A stretch of 52,510 bases of DNA, taken from contig NW_008246073.1 of NCBI RefSeq assembly GCF_000281045.1, positions 132,366-184,875 of the forward strand. The letters run 5' to 3'. Numbering within the stretch: the stretch's first letter is position 1; every line of letters begins with the position of its first letter. The notes below the pieces were generated by a model. That model did not search any database and was not told where the DNA came from. It saw only the letters and a program-made list of their open reading frames with translations. Below, piece by piece: positions 1 through 10,760 of the stretch. This DNA is from Saprolegnia diclina VS20 (Eukaryota). The position numbers and the translations under genes are program-made.

Positions 1-1
1 G

Positions 2-412
2 AAGAACTACCAGAGCGGCGTCGTCAAGTCGTGCCCTGGCTCGCAGTCGGACCACGCCGTGCTCGCGGTCGGCTACGGCACGCTCAGCGGCGTCAACCAC
101 TTCAAGATCAAGAACTCGTGGGGCACGTCGTGGGGCGCCGGTGGCTACATCTACTTGCAGCGCGGCGTCGGCAGCAACGGCATGTGCAACGTCGCCGAGC
201 ACCCGTCATACCCCAAGATTAGCACGTCGCCGACGCCCACGTCGCAGAACCCGCCGACCAAGACACCCGCGCCAACGCCGGCGCCGACGGCGGACCAGTG
301 CCACGGCTGCAGCCAGTGCTACTACCCGGCCGGTGACGGCTGCTACGACTTTGATGCGGCGACGTGCGAAGATCTGAGCGGCGACTACGGCACCATCTGG
401 TGCGGCAACTAG
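2..412 (+). CDS. Papain-family (C1A) cysteine protease, 3' part (5' end lies outside the window), with S/T/P-rich linker and Cys-rich C-terminal module
   Basis: Frame from base 2 reads KNYQSGVVKSCPGSQSDHAVLAVGYG...KIKNSWGTSWGAGGYIYL...NGMCNV, which contains the catalytic His (DHAV) and Asn (KNSWG) motifs of C1A proteases. Stop TAG at 410-412. Confidence 0.93.
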   Translation, partial: KNYQSGVVKSCPGSQSDHAVLAVGYGTLSGVNHFKIKNSWGTSWGAGGYIYLQRGVGSNGMCNVAEHPSYPKISTSPTPTSQNPPTKTPAPTPAPTADQCHGCSQCYYPAGDGCYDFDAATCEDLSGDYGTIWCGN

Positions 413-990
413 GCGTCTTGTGGTGCTTCGCCTCTGCTCTTTCGTTGGTGACTTGCGCATATCGATGTCATTGTCCACATTTGAATACACATGATGTTTG
501 TGTTCTCTGACTGCGTGGGTGATGTAGCGTTGGTATATATTACGCTTCCAGCAATCTACGAGAGAGTATCACGTAGCTGCTAGACTAGGAAATGGTTAAA
601 TTGTCCTCGGCGGACAACTAGCGAAGTAGCAAGCGTCCTTGTGAGAGCCGAGTGTGCAGTCACAAGAGCTTGATTGGAGCTAGTCGAACAGATGGAAGCT
701 GTACTGAGTGGAAATACCCAAGAGTACTTTTGAGTGCATCACACCGCGAGAGCAAATTTCTCTGCGCTGCTCCAGTCCTCTCGGAAGCATATCCTGGCTC
801 TGCTCTAGTTCATCATATAGCCATTTGCCAATACTGACGTTGAACCGGCTTGTTTACAGACCTTCGTCGCTATGACGTGACGTGTCAACGTCATAACGCG
901 GCAAAGTTCCCATTGCGCTGTGATCAACGAGCCTGGGAAATTGCGTGTTTCTAGCGAGTCAAATTGGTTTGTCCGGATACCGGGCAAATC

Positions 991-2701
991 ATGGCACCAC
1001 CCGCAGCCAAGAAGCGCCGACCGACAGGCCGTCGCCCCGAGAAGGCCAGCAGTGACGCGCCGCCGCCGCCATCGGTACCTCTGCCGACGATCAGTACTTG
1101 GAGCTTTTATGGTCGAGCGTAGGGCCATGCGGAAATGGGCTACGAGATCGGGCGAGGCCGCACCGACGTCGTGGGCCATTGGCGCGACCTCGTACTCCGT
1201 GCGCCGCGGTCCTGCGGCTCACGCGACTTCTGCGTAGACGAGCGACGAGAAATGCGACTTGATGGGTCTGGACGAAGACGAGATTGATGACGCCATGCGC
1301 CTCGTCGTGCAGCAGTACCCGCAGCTCGACGCTCCGCTCCCGTCGTCCGTCGACCCGGCGACGACCGCGATGGTGCAAGCCATGTTTTTGCACGCGCTCG
1401 AGACCTGCGACGGCAAGCTCATACTCGAACACGTCTCGATCGAGACGATTGGGGTTCTCGTTGCCCTCGAGCGCAAGCTGCTCTACGCTGTGATTGGCAA
1501 GGTCGTCCTTCTCGCACTTCAACTGCACGTTGGCGACGCATGTACGCGTAGGACATGCATCGAAAATGCGCCGTCACTGTCTTGTACCTTGTATGGACGT
1601 CGTCGTGGCCGTATCTGGGCGTGGCCGGTACGCTCTGGACAGCTCGATCCAAGGTCTCATTGGTCGTAGGGTACCTCTTGGTGCTCTTCTCGAACCTCGG
1701 TCCGTGCACGTGGCTGCGCAACACGACGTGCGCGTACCTTGATGCGTTCTTTCTGCATGGCCCCGAGTACGTACCTCTTGGTCTATTTTGTCATGTCCAC
1801 TGTATATACCGTTTCTAGTCCGCTGCACGTCGAGTGGTATTTCAACAGCTATCTCACGGCCCTTCTGTTGCTGTATACGTCCCACGACGCGCATGTTGCA
1901 GTCTACATCATATTAGGTACGCTTCTTTGGCTCATGGAAAGGCTGACAATATTGTGCATGTACCTGCGTACGTAGCCATCGTGCTCGCTCTTCCGTTCGG
2001 CGTCTCGGCACTCAAAAATTCGTATGCGGACGGCGCCGACGACCACTCAGCGCTCGACAAGATCACGTGCGGCTTTCTCATTCGATCGTCTGAACATCGT
2101 TGATACTATGTACGTAGATCGGCGCTGTCGCTGTTGAACAAGCTCATCCTTGTCTACTACTGCTGGGTCCGACAAGCCACTTCCGATCTCGACGATTCGC
2201 TCATGGGCCGTGTAGAGCTCGTACAGCAGCCTTCTCATGGTGGCGGCTCTCTTCTTTGATACGGCGGCCTTGTCGCTGGCGTCCGTCTCGTTCCTCGGCG
2301 TCGCGGTTGTCCTCGAACTTGCCGGGCGCGCCTTCCTACGCATCGTGCCACCCGCGTATGTCGAAGCGTATACCGAGTGGAAGGAACAAAGTCGGTGGCA
2401 CGCGCTCGGCGCTGGCCTTGTGCCCGTGGCGGTGGCTGCCATTGTGCTCTATGCGACGTGGGACTGGACGTCGATGTTTGGCGGCTTTGTGCGGCTCGTG
2501 ACGGTCCTCGCCCTCTCGCAAGCGGTGCCTGCGGGGCACCTTGCGACGCTCGCGCAACTCGCATTTCTCGCGATCGCGCTGCCGCTGCAGCTGGTGCAAC
2601 TCGTGCTGCTCTGGCTCGGTATCAAGCCGACACCGACGACGTCGAGTACGACCCCGCCCGACGAGACAACCCCCGACGACGCAGAGACGACAGAACACTG
2701 A
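991..2701 (+). CDS. Multi-exon hypothetical multi-pass membrane protein
   Basis: ATG at 991 (MAPPAAKKRRPTG...). GT-AG introns (e.g. 1075-1122, ~1191-1237) join the ORF pieces at 1259-, 1739- and 2237-2701, which carry several hydrophobic helices. Internal exon structure is uncertain and it could be two genes. Confidence 0.55.
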
Positions 2702-3107
2702 GTCGTTTTTGATTGTTGTGTTTCACTGCTGCGCCTGCCGTGATATAGGCTCGTATGTACGGCATTAGTTGGCGTGGTGACCGTGCCGACGGATGCCACG
2801 CACAATGCAAACCCAATCGAAAACACTCTTCGTCGACTAGAAATTGAACCGTCGCGGGGTAACATGAGTGTCGCGGAGCCCTAGCCCTAGTTTTAAAGGC
2901 TGCCCCACGGCCATCATTTGTACGGGCGTGAGAACCGCGAGGCGGCCGGTTGGAGATGAGCACGCACTGCGGAGGAGCTATCGTTCGCAGATCGTGTTCT
3001 ATAGATGTCATGATAGCAAACACGACACGCTTGCAGTGCAACGACAACGAGTTTACGACAAACTGTCATGTTGACACGACGACGAACACTCGATTCAACT
3101 ACTGGGA

Positions 3108-4247
3108 TCACAACCAGGTTTTGATTTGCGTCTCGCGCACAAAGACCCCGTACGGCAAAGCGTGGGCCGCGTGCACGTTCTTGGCGCATGTAAAGTACGT
3201 CGTCCCGTGCACTGTGCCGCTGTGCTTGCCGTGGGGTTCATGGAGTTCGATCCCATACATGGTGCCGTTGGCAAACTCGGTCGAGCCCGCAAACCGGACG
3301 ACGCCCGCCATGCCGTTGAAGAGGATGACCGAGCGACCAAGCAGCCGTCGAGGCACAGACTTGCAGCGCTTGGAGGCGACGGCGAACGCTTTTGCTTTGG
3401 GGGCGAGTTCGGCTGGCGGCGGTGCCAGCAGTGGCCGAGGCGAGCACAAGCTTTCTTCGACTTGCGGCGCGTACAAAAACTCACGAAACGAGCCGCCGAT
3501 CTGCTCGAGCGTCGCCGAGAGCGACGGCTGGAGCGTGCGCCGGTGGACGGGGCTGGGGGCCGGTGCCTTTGCCACGGGGGCGCGCCGCATCTCGCTGTGG
3601 TTTTGCTTTAGAGGCGTGTGCCCACCAATGGTGGAGACCAGATGCGCAACGGCTACTTCGGCTTGCAGCGAGAGGTTGGCGAGCAGCACGGCGGTACGCG
3701 CCAGCGACAGGCGGTGGTGCCCCGACTGGATGCCGACAACGTTTTCGGCAGCATCGCGGATGCTCTCGGGTGTCAGCGGTCCGTCCATGGACGCTGGCGC
3801 GCAGCTCAGCGAGCCTACATGCATGGGCAATAGATAGACACATACGACGGTCGTGGCGTCTGTACCCGTGAACCGAAGTAGAGTTGCAAGCTGTGCTTTC
3901 TGGTCCGCGAGCGATTGCAGCAGCGACTGCAACAGCGGCGGAATCTCCTGCGGCTCAACGCGGTTCGTCGACGACGGCAATGTTGAAGACTCGTCCATGC
4001 TGTCGCTCTTGGATGCTTCATGGATGGGCTCAGGCGCGGCCGGCCGCACGTCGTCGGGCTCGGACAACTCGTCTTCGATCGCACCTTCAGTCGGCAGTCG
4101 TGGGTCGTCACCGCGCCCGACCGCTGCTTGGTTGTCGTCTTCGCCACTCGTGTCAAATGCTTGGGGCATGGTCGTCTTCGGCGGTGCCTTGAGGAACTGC
4201 GCCGCGTACAGCGCCAGGATCGACTCGCCCGCGCTGACGCTGGTCAT
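3108..4247 (-). CDS. CAP-Gly domain protein (acidic disordered N-terminus, C-terminal CAP-Gly)
   Basis: C-terminal GVVRFAGSTEFANGTMYGIELHEPHGKHSGTVHGTTYFTC...YGVFV is a CAP-Gly signature. ATG at 4247 (MTSVSAG). Probable in-frame 51-nt intron at 3815-3865. Confidence 0.82.
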   Translation of the reverse strand: MTSVSAGESILALYAAQFLKAPPKTTMPQAFDTSGEDDNQAAVGRGDDPRLPTEGAIEDELSEPDDVRPAAPEPIHEASKSDSMDESSTLPSSTNRVEPQEIPPLLQSLLQSLADQKAQLATLLRFTGTDATTVVCVYLLPMHVGSLSCAPASMDGPLTPESIRDAAENVVGIQSGHHRLSLARTAVLLANLSLQAEVAVAHLVSTIGGHTPLKQNHSEMRRAPVAKAPAPSPVHRRTLQPSLSATLEQIGGSFREFLYAPQVEESLCSPRPLLAPPPAELAPKAKAFAVASKRCKSVPRRLLGRSVILFNGMAGVVRFAGSTEFANGTMYGIELHEPHGKHSGTVHGTTYFTCAKNVHAAHALPYGVFVRETQIKTWL

Positions 4248-4342
4248 GGTTGAAAATAGATTCGCAGCCGCCTGTCCCGCACTTGAGGTTCGCGCACTTG
4301 CAGCGCCGAATCTGGCGACGACCCACATTTTTTTGTGCCACG

Positions 4343-5648
4343 ATGGCGGATCCACGGTACGACGACGTCATGCAGCCGACGGCAGCGAGGACGTGGGCGT
4401 AGGTGGGCGCAGTACTACGACCGAAGCGAAGACGTCGACATTGACGGCAACGTACGGCGCCCCAGCGGTCGGCGACGACGTCTCATGCAGCGGCCCGTAG
4501 GTCTTCCGCGTCTACCTCGCCGGCGCCGAGGGCCCGGTCGTTGTGCTCCTCCATGGCGGTGGCCACACGGGTCTCACGTGGGCCTTGACGACGGTACGCC
4601 TAGCCGATGCGGCAGTCGTAGCCCATGGTGCTGCGACTAGAAACTGCTCAAGACGCACTGCCGCGTGGTGGCGCCCGACTTTCGCGGTCACGGTAGGTCG
4701 CCGATGCTGTCGCCCTCGTCCGCACGATGGCTTGTAGGAGAGACACACACGACCAACGACAGCGATCTCTCGGAAGAGACGCTCGTCAACGATACCATTC
4801 GCGTCTTGCAGGCACTTCTGCCGGGCGAGGCGGGCACGGAGCGTGGCAGCCCCATGATCCTCGTGGGCCATAGCATGGGCGGTGCGATTGCGATCCGCGT
4901 GGCGGCCTCGGGGCTCCTCAAGACGCTCGTCGGCATGGTCGTCATTGACGTTGTCGAAGGGACGGCGCTTGCCGCACTGAGCCACATGCAAGCGGTCTTG
5001 TCCAACCGGCCGGAGACCTTTGCCAGCGAAGACGAGGCCGTGCAATGGAGGTACCATTCTTCCTACTTGTCTTGACTGCATTCTATATGTAGCTTGCAGA
5101 TGGGCGCCGTGCGCAACGCCGAGTCGGCGCGCGTCTCGATCCCGTCGCAGATTGTCCGCGCCGGTGACTACTTTGTGTGGCGCACCAACCTCCGGGCGAG
5201 CGCCAAGTACTGGAAGGGTACTCATCCGCCTTGGGATCCCACGCCTATGACTCGTATAGGTTGGTTTACGGGGATTAGCGAGCTCTTCCTTGGCACGACG
5301 CTGCCCAAGGTCCTCTTGCTCGCCGGTAACCTCCTTCCTTCTCCATGCGCGGTCTTGCCATGAGGTGTAGGCACCGACCGCCTGGATACGGCGCTCACCC
5401 GCGGCCAAATGCAAGGTACACAATGCAAAGGGCAAGAAAGACCCTATACGGTCGGAGTAGGCAAGTTCCAGCTGCTCTTGATGTACGGCAGTGGGCACGT
5501 GATCCAAGAAGACTGTCCTGACAAGACGGCCGACGCGCTGCTCGAGTTTTGCTCACGCCTCGTGCCCATGAGTGGCCTCCGCACCCAGACCGACATCCTC
5601 GCCGAGAAGCTTGCGCGCGCCCGCCATCTGACGCCCCACACGACGTAG
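4343..5648 (+). CDS. PPME1: Protein phosphatase methylesterase 1 (PME-1), alpha/beta hydrolase
   Basis: Spliced product MADPRWAQYYDRSEDVDIDGN/VFRVYLAGAEGPVVVLLHGGGHTGLTW...APDFRGHG...LVGHSMGGAIA...VIDVVEGTAL...SARVSIP...WFTGISELFL...LLLAGTDRLDTALTRGQMQGKFQL...GHVIQED. These are PME-1 motifs; about 8 short introns. Confidence 0.93.
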
Positions 5649-5693
5649 TAATACAAATACGGTCGTGTGTTTCTGGTTCTAACTCTGCGCTTC

Positions 5694-8478
5694 CTACATT
5701 CGACGGGCGTACTGCGCGTACTCGGCGGCGCGGGGGTCGGGGCCACCACTCGGTGGGTTGCCGTTGCTTGGCGGCGGCGCAAACCCGCCGGGGGCGGGCG
5801 GGTACCGCGACATGCCACGCTCATAGTACCCCGACGTGTCCGGCGGCGGCATGGCCGCGTACCGGTCGGCCGGCGGGTACATGCGCGGCTCTTCGCGACG
5901 AAAGCCAGCTTGGTCCGGGTATCCCGGCGCACGTTGTTGCTGCTGCTGTTGTTGCTGCTGCTCGTCCCACTCGCGCGGCGTTGGCATGCGACCCGATGCA
6001 ATCGGGGGATACGACCCAGCGTTCGGCGGCGCGTCACCGGGAAACATACGCAGGCGCCCGTCGCTACTCGGTGGCAGACGGCTCGTCGACGATGCGCTCT
6101 TGTCCAAGTCTGCAATCGAGATCATGCCCCGGGGCATCGGGCCGCGCGGGTTGCTTGGCGGCGGCGCGTACCGGCCGTGCATGGCGGGCGGGACGGAGTC
6201 GCGCGCATTCGAGGCGCCGGGAGGCCCGGCCGACGGCGGCGCAGCGCCCGGCGGGTACATCATGACTCGCTGGCCCCGGTGCATACCAGGACTCGGACCG
6301 CCAGACGGGGCACTCAACCGTGCAGCTTCGCGTGGCGACTCGGCGTACCCTGCGGGTGTCAAGTGACCAGTGCGCGACGGCGCAGGCACGCCCCGGGGCA
6401 CGCTTTCCATGCCAGGGTGGTGTCGGGGCGACGGCATCATGTACGGTGCGTTGGACGGCGGTGCGCGGGACCGTTCGTATTCGCGCGCCTGGTAGCCTTC
6501 GTGGAACATTTGCGGTCGCGACGTCGGGGCGCCCGTGGGCGGCGGTGGGCCGCCCGCACCCATCGCAAACCGGGGCGAAGCTTGGCGCCCCGACGGCGAC
6601 GGCGATGGATACCCGCGGTTGCTTGTCGACGGCGGCGGCGCCGACCCCATGCGCATGTGGTACTCGATCTGTTCGTCTTCCATGCGACTCGGGTACCGCG
6701 AGACCGGCGGCGGCGCAGACAAACCAGGACGAGACTGGCTCAGCTCGGGCGGGTACTCGTACCCTGCGTGGTGACCATGCACACCGTGCTGCTGTGCCTG
6801 GAGCGAAGGATGGTGGCTGCCTTCGTAGTACGGACGACCCATCATCGGTGGCGGGCCACCGCGGACCATTGCAGCCGGCGGCGACTCGGGCTTGGACCGC
6901 TTGTTGATTGACGATGGTCCGTCATTGTCAAGGTGGCGCTTGTTGCCATTCGGCGGGCCTTGTGACGGCGCCTTGTTCTGGTCAAAAATCGACAGAATCG
7001 TGGCTTGGATGTCAACGGGGAAGCAGAGACGCATGAGTTCAGCGTGCATCGAGATGTACTTCATCGCGTCGAGCACCGAGTTGAAGTACTCGGGCTCGCG
7101 TGTGCTCTTGCCGGCCCACGGCGGGTAAAAGAAGAAGGACGCGCCATGCATCTCCGACTTCCACCCGTGCTCGGCCAGCAGCGGCCACGCGTGCTTCTCA
7201 AAGAGAGTCGTCAGAATGTCCAGCTCTACACACCAAATTAGGCCTTTGCTCGAACCAGTATCAAGGACAACGGAATACCTCGATCCGAGATGGCGAGCTT
7301 GTAGCCGCCGTTGGACGGCGGCGCGGCTGAAGGCGCCGGCGCTTGCATGTGTTCGGGCTTGCGCATCATGGGCGGCGGGCCGGGTTGTGCTTGGGGCGGG
7401 CCTTGGTCCCGTGGCTTGCTCCCGACGCGCTTGTCTTCGATCAAGAGGTTCATCGTGTTTTCGCGCGTGAGCTCTTCCGTGTCCCCATCGGCGTAGACCA
7501 CTGTGAAGAGCTCGGTTTGCGGGTTGAATTTGACCACCTAGGTAGACACCGTGAGATCCAGTTGGCGAGGTATAAAAATGGGCTGCGTACCTGGCCGACG
7601 AAGCGACCGTGCCCGGCAAACGTCTTGGCAATGCGCTGCCCGACCAGCGCTTCGGGAGGCTGGTACGTCGGGTAGTCGTAGTCGTCGCGCGGTGCTTGTA
7701 CCGACAGCTGGGGGCCCGGCGCCTGTTGGTACGGCATGTTGCGCTCGCGCGGCGGCGAGCTCGGCCGCTTCATCGCAGGCGGTTCGCTTTCAATCTGTGG
7801 ACGCGACGACGGCCACGACGGGGGGCCTCCTGGACTCGGACGGTTCATCGACATGTCCATTCGGGGAGGGGCCTGTAGCGGCGGCGGCGGGCCGCGCATG
7901 TGCATGTCGTTCATGTGCGACGACGAGGGCAAGGACGGTGGACCGGGCGCGGATGGGCCGCCTTGATTTTGCCGCATGAGGTTGTTCATCGTGAGCGCGG
8001 GGAGGCGCATGTCGCCAGCACCAGCGCCATGAAGCGTCGGTAACGGCCCATCGCTCTCGGGCTTGCGCAAGTTGGGCTTTGGCAGCTCGGGCACTCGTCG
8101 CAACGCGCCCTCTTGCATGTGTCGGTCGTTGTGCATCTCGCTGCCGCGCGCCAGCAAATTGGTGAGCATCGCGCCCGTGCGCTGGATGTCGCTGGGCACG
8201 CTCTCGCGCAAACTCATCTTGTTGTCGTTGCTGGGCGTCCGGCGGTGGGCCGCCCGTCCCGGCGTTGGCCCATCCGACTCGGAGAACGACCCTTGGCGCT
8301 GGCTCGTCTCCGAGTCGCTCTCGGTCTCGGAGCCGTTGTGGACCTCGACGACGGGGCGTGGGCGCAGCATCGGGACCGACGGCAGGCCCTTGTCCGGCTT
8401 GGGTACCTTCTTCTCGGCCTCCTTCTTCTTGGGCGTAGACGGTCGTCCTCCCTCCTTCTCATGGCGTGCTTCGTCCAT
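5694..8478 (-). CDS. Pro/Gly/Gln-rich protein with a Tudor-like (PTM/DIR17-type) domain; putative chromatin-associated protein
   Basis: Exons 8478-7591, 7537-7279 and 7225-5694, separated by 53-nt GT-AG introns at 7538-7590 and 7226-7278. The spliced segment LVGQRIAKTFAGHGRFVGQVVKFNPQTELFTVVYADGDTEEL is Tudor-like. Confidence 0.75.
5934..5960 (-). repeat. CAG/CAA microsatellite encoding poly-Gln (Q9)
   Basis: Plus strand ttgttgctgctgctgttgttgctgctg, within the 5694-8478 CDS. Confidence 0.9.
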
Positions 8479-9388
8479 GCTGCTTCCCCTTCCTCCGGAT
8501 CGATCGGGGCTGTGTGGTGTGGCTGGGGGTTTTCAAAAACGACTGGCACCCTTTATTCGTATACAAATAACCAGTCGCGCGGCCACATACAAACGCCAAG
8601 TACAAACGAAAGCCATTGCAACTGCGCTGCCCGTCGCCAGCTGGGCCCTGGCCTCCGGCTGGACGGAACGGTCCACCTTTGGCGACCACCAGCTGGCAGC
8701 GGACCACCGCGCCATCTGGATGAGTCCTTGGACATGTGCCGGAGATCCGCCCACGCAGTCGGTTCCTCGTACCGTGCAGGTAGCATACCAGAGTCGGATA
8801 CCTCGGTACGACAAGCGCTAGTTTTCGTTTGGGTGCACCACGTGGCGCCCCAGATGGGCTGGTCTGGGTCCATCTGGATTTGGCGACACGAGCAGGTTGC
8901 GACGACCACATGGGCACCTGACGTCGTCCGCAGGCTCTCTGCGCCCAGAAGTGCACTGCGTTGGACAAGACGTCGCGGGAAGGAGGTGATGCAAGGTCGT
9001 CGTGGCCAAAGCGCGTCGATGGATCACGTACATGTGCCTCATGCAGAGGCGCGCTTGCAAAATGGCTCCGGCTTGTACAATCTGGGGACGGATCCAGCGC
9101 AGCACTGTCGGGGAGGCCTCGCGAGGTCGGGGCTGATGCATGTTGGTCATTATTGGCTCGATCGCCGGTATACGTCGACCATTGTATCGAACAACGGCCC
9201 CGGACGGAGATGCTGCATCGACATCAGCGTGCAACTCCACGCGACTTCGACACGAGGGTCCCACCGGAAGCACTGTGTCGTAGGCTTTCTCGACCTCCGC
9301 CGGACGGTCCTAACGAAAATGGGCGCCGGCTCCTTGGCTTAGGTTTACATGGTATACAAACTACCAGAGTATGCACGCAGTGCCTGGC

Positions 9389-10582
9389 CTAGGCGCTCAA
9401 GGCAAGGTGGTCGTCGACGAGAGCAAGGCGCTGCGCCGCAACGGCCGCGTCGACGCCGTCACCGACCCAATGCAATGGTACTTGACGGCACGCGGGCGAC
9501 GCGACGACGAGCGCAATCAGATCTGATTTGCGCTGGCGCTGGCCATCTATCGAAGCGATGAGCTGCGGTCGCGTACGTGGCAGGCACGGACGGGCGAGCC
9601 GTTGGACAATGATGGGCCACGCCATGGTCTCAAAGCGTAAAAGACAGTACATGTCCTGGTCCGCGTCTAGTGTCATCACATGCAGCTCCCAATGAGCCGG
9701 GTCGTTGCGCGCGTCGTGGTACCTTGAAGGTACAGAGCGCCGAGGCGGCGCAGGATCGCAAACGCCTTTCGAAAGCGACCGAGGCGCGCGGACGCGTCCA
9801 TGGGAGGCACCACGTCGACGTTGGCGACTGCGTCACGGAACCGAATGCTTGGTGGCGCCCCGTCTACGCGCAGGTGGGCACTACGACAAAGGTTTCATCG
9901 GCACCTTGAACGAGATGTGTCACGATCGCAACGGATAGCGCGTCGTCGTTGTCGGGCGTGTCAACCGGCAGCGGCAGACCAAGGAACGCGTGTCGACAGA
10001 GCGCTTCGAGAGTGGTCTCGCGCGGCGTTGGTAGCGTTGCCTCGACGTACGGCGCCCGCTACACTACATTTCTGACATGGTGTTTTGCGCACGAGTTCGC
10101 ACCTGGTTGTACACGTGCTGATAGAGGAGCTGCGCTTGGGCCCAGTGCAACATTTCTGCGTTCGGGTCCGAAACGACGACGACTTTGGTCGCGTGGAGCT
10201 CGACGCTGCTTTCCCAGGATGGCTTGAGCCGGCCAAAGACATGCACGAGGTCGCCCAGTTGGCACGGCGGCGCGTCCGTCTGCCACGCGACAAAGAGCAC
10301 CTCGCCCGTGCCGTCGTCGAGCAGATACTCGGCTAGAGTCAAAGAAGCATGAGACGCTGCGTTGTATGATCGGCGTACTGCGGTCGGTCTTGTGCTGCAT
10401 GCTGGCCACGACGCCGACGAGCTGGGCGCGCGTGATGACGCGGCCATGGAGGCGGTAGAACATCTCGTCGCTTGTTGGCGCCGGAATCTGCAGCAGGTGG
10501 CACGCCAGCACTTTGGCATAGCTCTAGACGAGACGCGTCAAGCCACGTCGAGCAGTCGCCCTACCCAATTGAGCGGATCCAT
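9389..10582 (-). CDS. STN1: CST complex subunit STN1 (OB fold plus C-terminal winged-helix-like region)
   Basis: Spliced MDPLNW/SYAKVLACHLL...RAQLVGVV...YLLDDGTG...LGDLVHVFGRL...VVSDPNAEMLHW matches the STN1 OB fold (DDGTG; DPNxExLHW). The frame continues through further GT-AG introns (e.g. 10059-10102) to ...DDHLALSA* at 9389. First exon is 18 nt (10565-10582). Confidence 0.82.
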
Positions 10583-10760
10583 GGCACCAAAAAACCTGTG
10601 AAATCCTATGGCCTTTTTCCCGCCACTGAGAGCAACGGCAAAGTCCATGCCATTGAGTTTGAGCAAAATGGCTTCCAAATTGTATTGCAAGCACTTTCAA
10701 GACCAAACCGATCGGCGTCATTGAGTTTCATTTTGAGAAATACGCACGTTGAATTGTATC

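Noticed and set aside
413..990. Possible transposon remnant or small ORFs (652-837, 805-1179)
   Set aside because: No terminal repeats, target-site duplication or transposase similarity that I can see.
5667..6911. 414-aa Arg-rich + strand ORF and 8113-9342 (409 aa)
   Set aside because: Antisense or alternate-frame translations of the Pro-rich gene and its flank; composition typical of spurious frames.
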